A stretch of DNA of 42,581 bases from NCBI GenBank assembly GCA_008369845.1, contig MRSU01003724.1:1-42581 (forward strand), in the 5' to 3' direction. Under the pieces are notes generated by a model, which was not told where the DNA came from, searched no databases, and was given only the letters and a program-made list of their open reading frames with translations. Made by a program: the position numbers and the translations under genes. The stretch comes from Trichomonas gallinae (lineage: Eukaryota). Shown one piece after another: positions 40,890 through 42,581 of this stretch; the stretch's first letter is position 1; the number at the start of each line of letters is the position of its first letter.

Positions 40890-42434
40890 CTAACCATTCT
40901 TCATTTTCATCAAATTAACTAATTCTGTCGGTTTTTGGAATATTTCGATGGGTGCAGGGTTTCCTACACTTGGATCTGCGCCGAACTCTAGCAGCGTCCT
41001 TACTGCTTCCTCGTTTGAGTTCAGCATTGCGACGAACAGGGGAGTAGTTACCCTGTGTTCGATGTTGTTCGGTTTGATGAGGCCCTTCTCAAGTATCTTC
41101 CTCATGACCCTGCAGGACTCCTTGTCCGTCCGCATCGCAAGCCAATGAAGCAAATTTCTCCCGGAGACTTCGACGACATCAGATGCAATGAGCTCGCGGG
41201 CATCTTCAAGTTTGTCGATGACGTATTCGATCGTGGCGACGAAGCCGTGAGCTGCCGCTGCGGCTAGAGGCGACATCATGCAGAGATCTTTTTGTCTGAT
41301 GAGGTTGCTGAAGTGGCTGTGTATCAGCTGGAATCCGTCAACGAAATCCTGCCGCGCTGCGAGATGAAGAATGTTTCGCCCGATTTTATCAACTTCTTGG
41401 ATTCCAAGAATGTCATCTTTATGCTGGCAAGCCATCTCAATGAACAAACTGAGGATTTGAATGTTTCTTGAGACAACTGCCTGCATTAGAGGTGTGAATC
41501 CTTGCGAATTCTTTAATCGGGCATCGACAATGCCATGCTGAACTTGTTCAAGTAGAATCCTGACGACATCATTGTTTAATAGCATAGTCGCGTAATGGAG
41601 GATTGTCATACTGTCGTTGTCAACCGCATTGAATATTTCGGGGAGATTAAGATCTGATTTATTCAATATCATTTCGATGAATTTGGGGAGAAATTCTTTC
41701 TGGATTCCGTTCTTTGAGTTGATTGCGATGTGCAGAGGAGTTGTTGGAAAATTCTCAACTGGAATGATCTGACTTGGATCCCTGCTGAATAGGAATTCTA
41801 CTATTTCCCACGAATTATAGCGACATGCAACGTGTAGAGCTGTTCGGTATATTTTATCATTTAGAATTAGTATTTCATTATTTTGCTGTGGGTCGATATT
41901 ATCAAGAATGAACTTAAGCATTTCTAAACTTTGAGATTTGACTGCTAATTTTACTGCATATTGTGCTTTATTGCTTATACTAGATGGAAGGTAATCTTTT
42001 AATAGTTTTTCAAACATAAAATCAGTATCTGGCTGATTTTCATTGTAAATTTGAATGAATTGCTTGATTAAATCGAGATGATTATATTTGATTAATGGAA
42101 CGAAGCAGTTGTCCAAAGCGCAGTCGGTGCTAAGTAATAGATTTATGATTCCTGGGTGGCGGCCGGCAAGTGCATAATGAAGTAAAGGTTTATCATGAGA
42201 ATATGCTGTATTTGCACCATTTTTCAATAATTCACTAAAAAGCGTGAAAGATCCGTATTGTGCTGCTACACAAATCAATGGGGCGTGAGAAAATTTTGGA
42301 TTTAAGACAACTGGAAATTTAGAATTAATATCGATTGATTTTTTTGTAACGAAATCGATGAAACTCTTTAAGTCATCGTTTTTCATGATTGATTCCAGTT
42401 CAGAAGCATCCGTAAAACTCAGCCTATATGCCAT
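40890..42434 (-). CDS. Ankyrin repeat protein (uninterrupted)
   Basis: RTALHVAC, TTPLHIAI, MTILHYA, GFTPLMQA, GRNILHLAA, TTPLFVA; Inr TCATT at 42456-42460 (-). Confidence 0.94.
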   Translation of the reverse strand: MAYRLSFTDASELESIMKNDDLKSFIDFVTKKSIDINSKFPVVLNPKFSHAPLICVAAQYGSFTLFSELLKNGANTAYSHDKPLLHYALAGRHPGIINLLLSTDCALDNCFVPLIKYNHLDLIKQFIQIYNENQPDTDFMFEKLLKDYLPSSISNKAQYAVKLAVKSQSLEMLKFILDNIDPQQNNEILILNDKIYRTALHVACRYNSWEIVEFLFSRDPSQIIPVENFPTTPLHIAINSKNGIQKEFLPKFIEMILNKSDLNLPEIFNAVDNDSMTILHYATMLLNNDVVRILLEQVQHGIVDARLKNSQGFTPLMQAVVSRNIQILSLFIEMACQHKDDILGIQEVDKIGRNILHLAARQDFVDGFQLIHSHFSNLIRQKDLCMMSPLAAAAAHGFVATIEYVIDKLEDARELIASDVVEVSGRNLLHWLAMRTDKESCRVMRKILEKGLIKPNNIEHRVTTPLFVAMLNSNEEAVRTLLEFGADPSVGNPAPIEIFQKPTELVNLMKMKNG

Positions 42435-42502
42435 TATCGAAAAAACACACCAAAAAATGACGTCAAAAAAATATAAATTTTCAACGAAAAGAAAAATTTT
42501 GT

Positions 42503-42581
42503 TTAGTAGAGCTGGTCGTATTCAGCGGATGGGTCGAAGAGCTGAGCCTTGAGCCAGTCCTTGAGCTCTGTGCCCTTTGGT
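42503..42581 (-). CDS. Hydrogenosomal malic enzyme (AP65-type), 3' end (truncated by window edge)
   Basis: Manual translation PKGTELKDWLKAQLFDPSAEYDQLY* resembles the trichomonad malic enzyme C-terminus as recalled; high-expression codon bias; stop lies in TAAA. Confidence 0.8.
   Translation of the reverse strand, partial: PKGTELKDWLKAQLFDPSAEYDQLY

Noticed and set aside
42358..42552. 64-aa plus-strand ORF
   Set aside because: Antisense to the ankyrin start and the malic enzyme end.

Overview
AT-rich, gene-dense, essentially intron-free eukaryotic DNA from a trichomonad, probably Trichomonas or a close relative. Evidence: TCAYW initiator elements just before start codons, TAAA poly(A) signals overlapping stop codons, a BspA-like surface protein, and IscS and malic enzyme of the hydrogenosomal type. 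It holds about 25 genes: a divergent H2A/H2B pair, an RRM protein, three ankyrin proteins, an M24 peptidase-like protein, a TBC RabGAP, BspA, a tetraspanin-like protein, a frameshifted Hsp70-like gene, an MFS-like fusion with a decayed paralog, a SAS-6-like protein, CK1, IscS, a neurofibromin-like RasGAP, coactosin and the 3' end of malic enzyme. The standout is the ankyrin gene at 2502-3913 (-). It is interrupted twice, at the same point of successive ankyrin repeats (the beta-hairpin xxG), by arrays of ~21-nt units: RTYCA + A/T-rich tract + mostly AT + one variable triplet. The coding segment between the arrays is exactly 3 codons short of a 33-aa repeat. This suggests chains of ultra-short non-canonical introns with single-codon micro-exons that could diversify the binding loop; that interpretation is inference and needs RNA data. 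All family assignments are by eye, with no database search.
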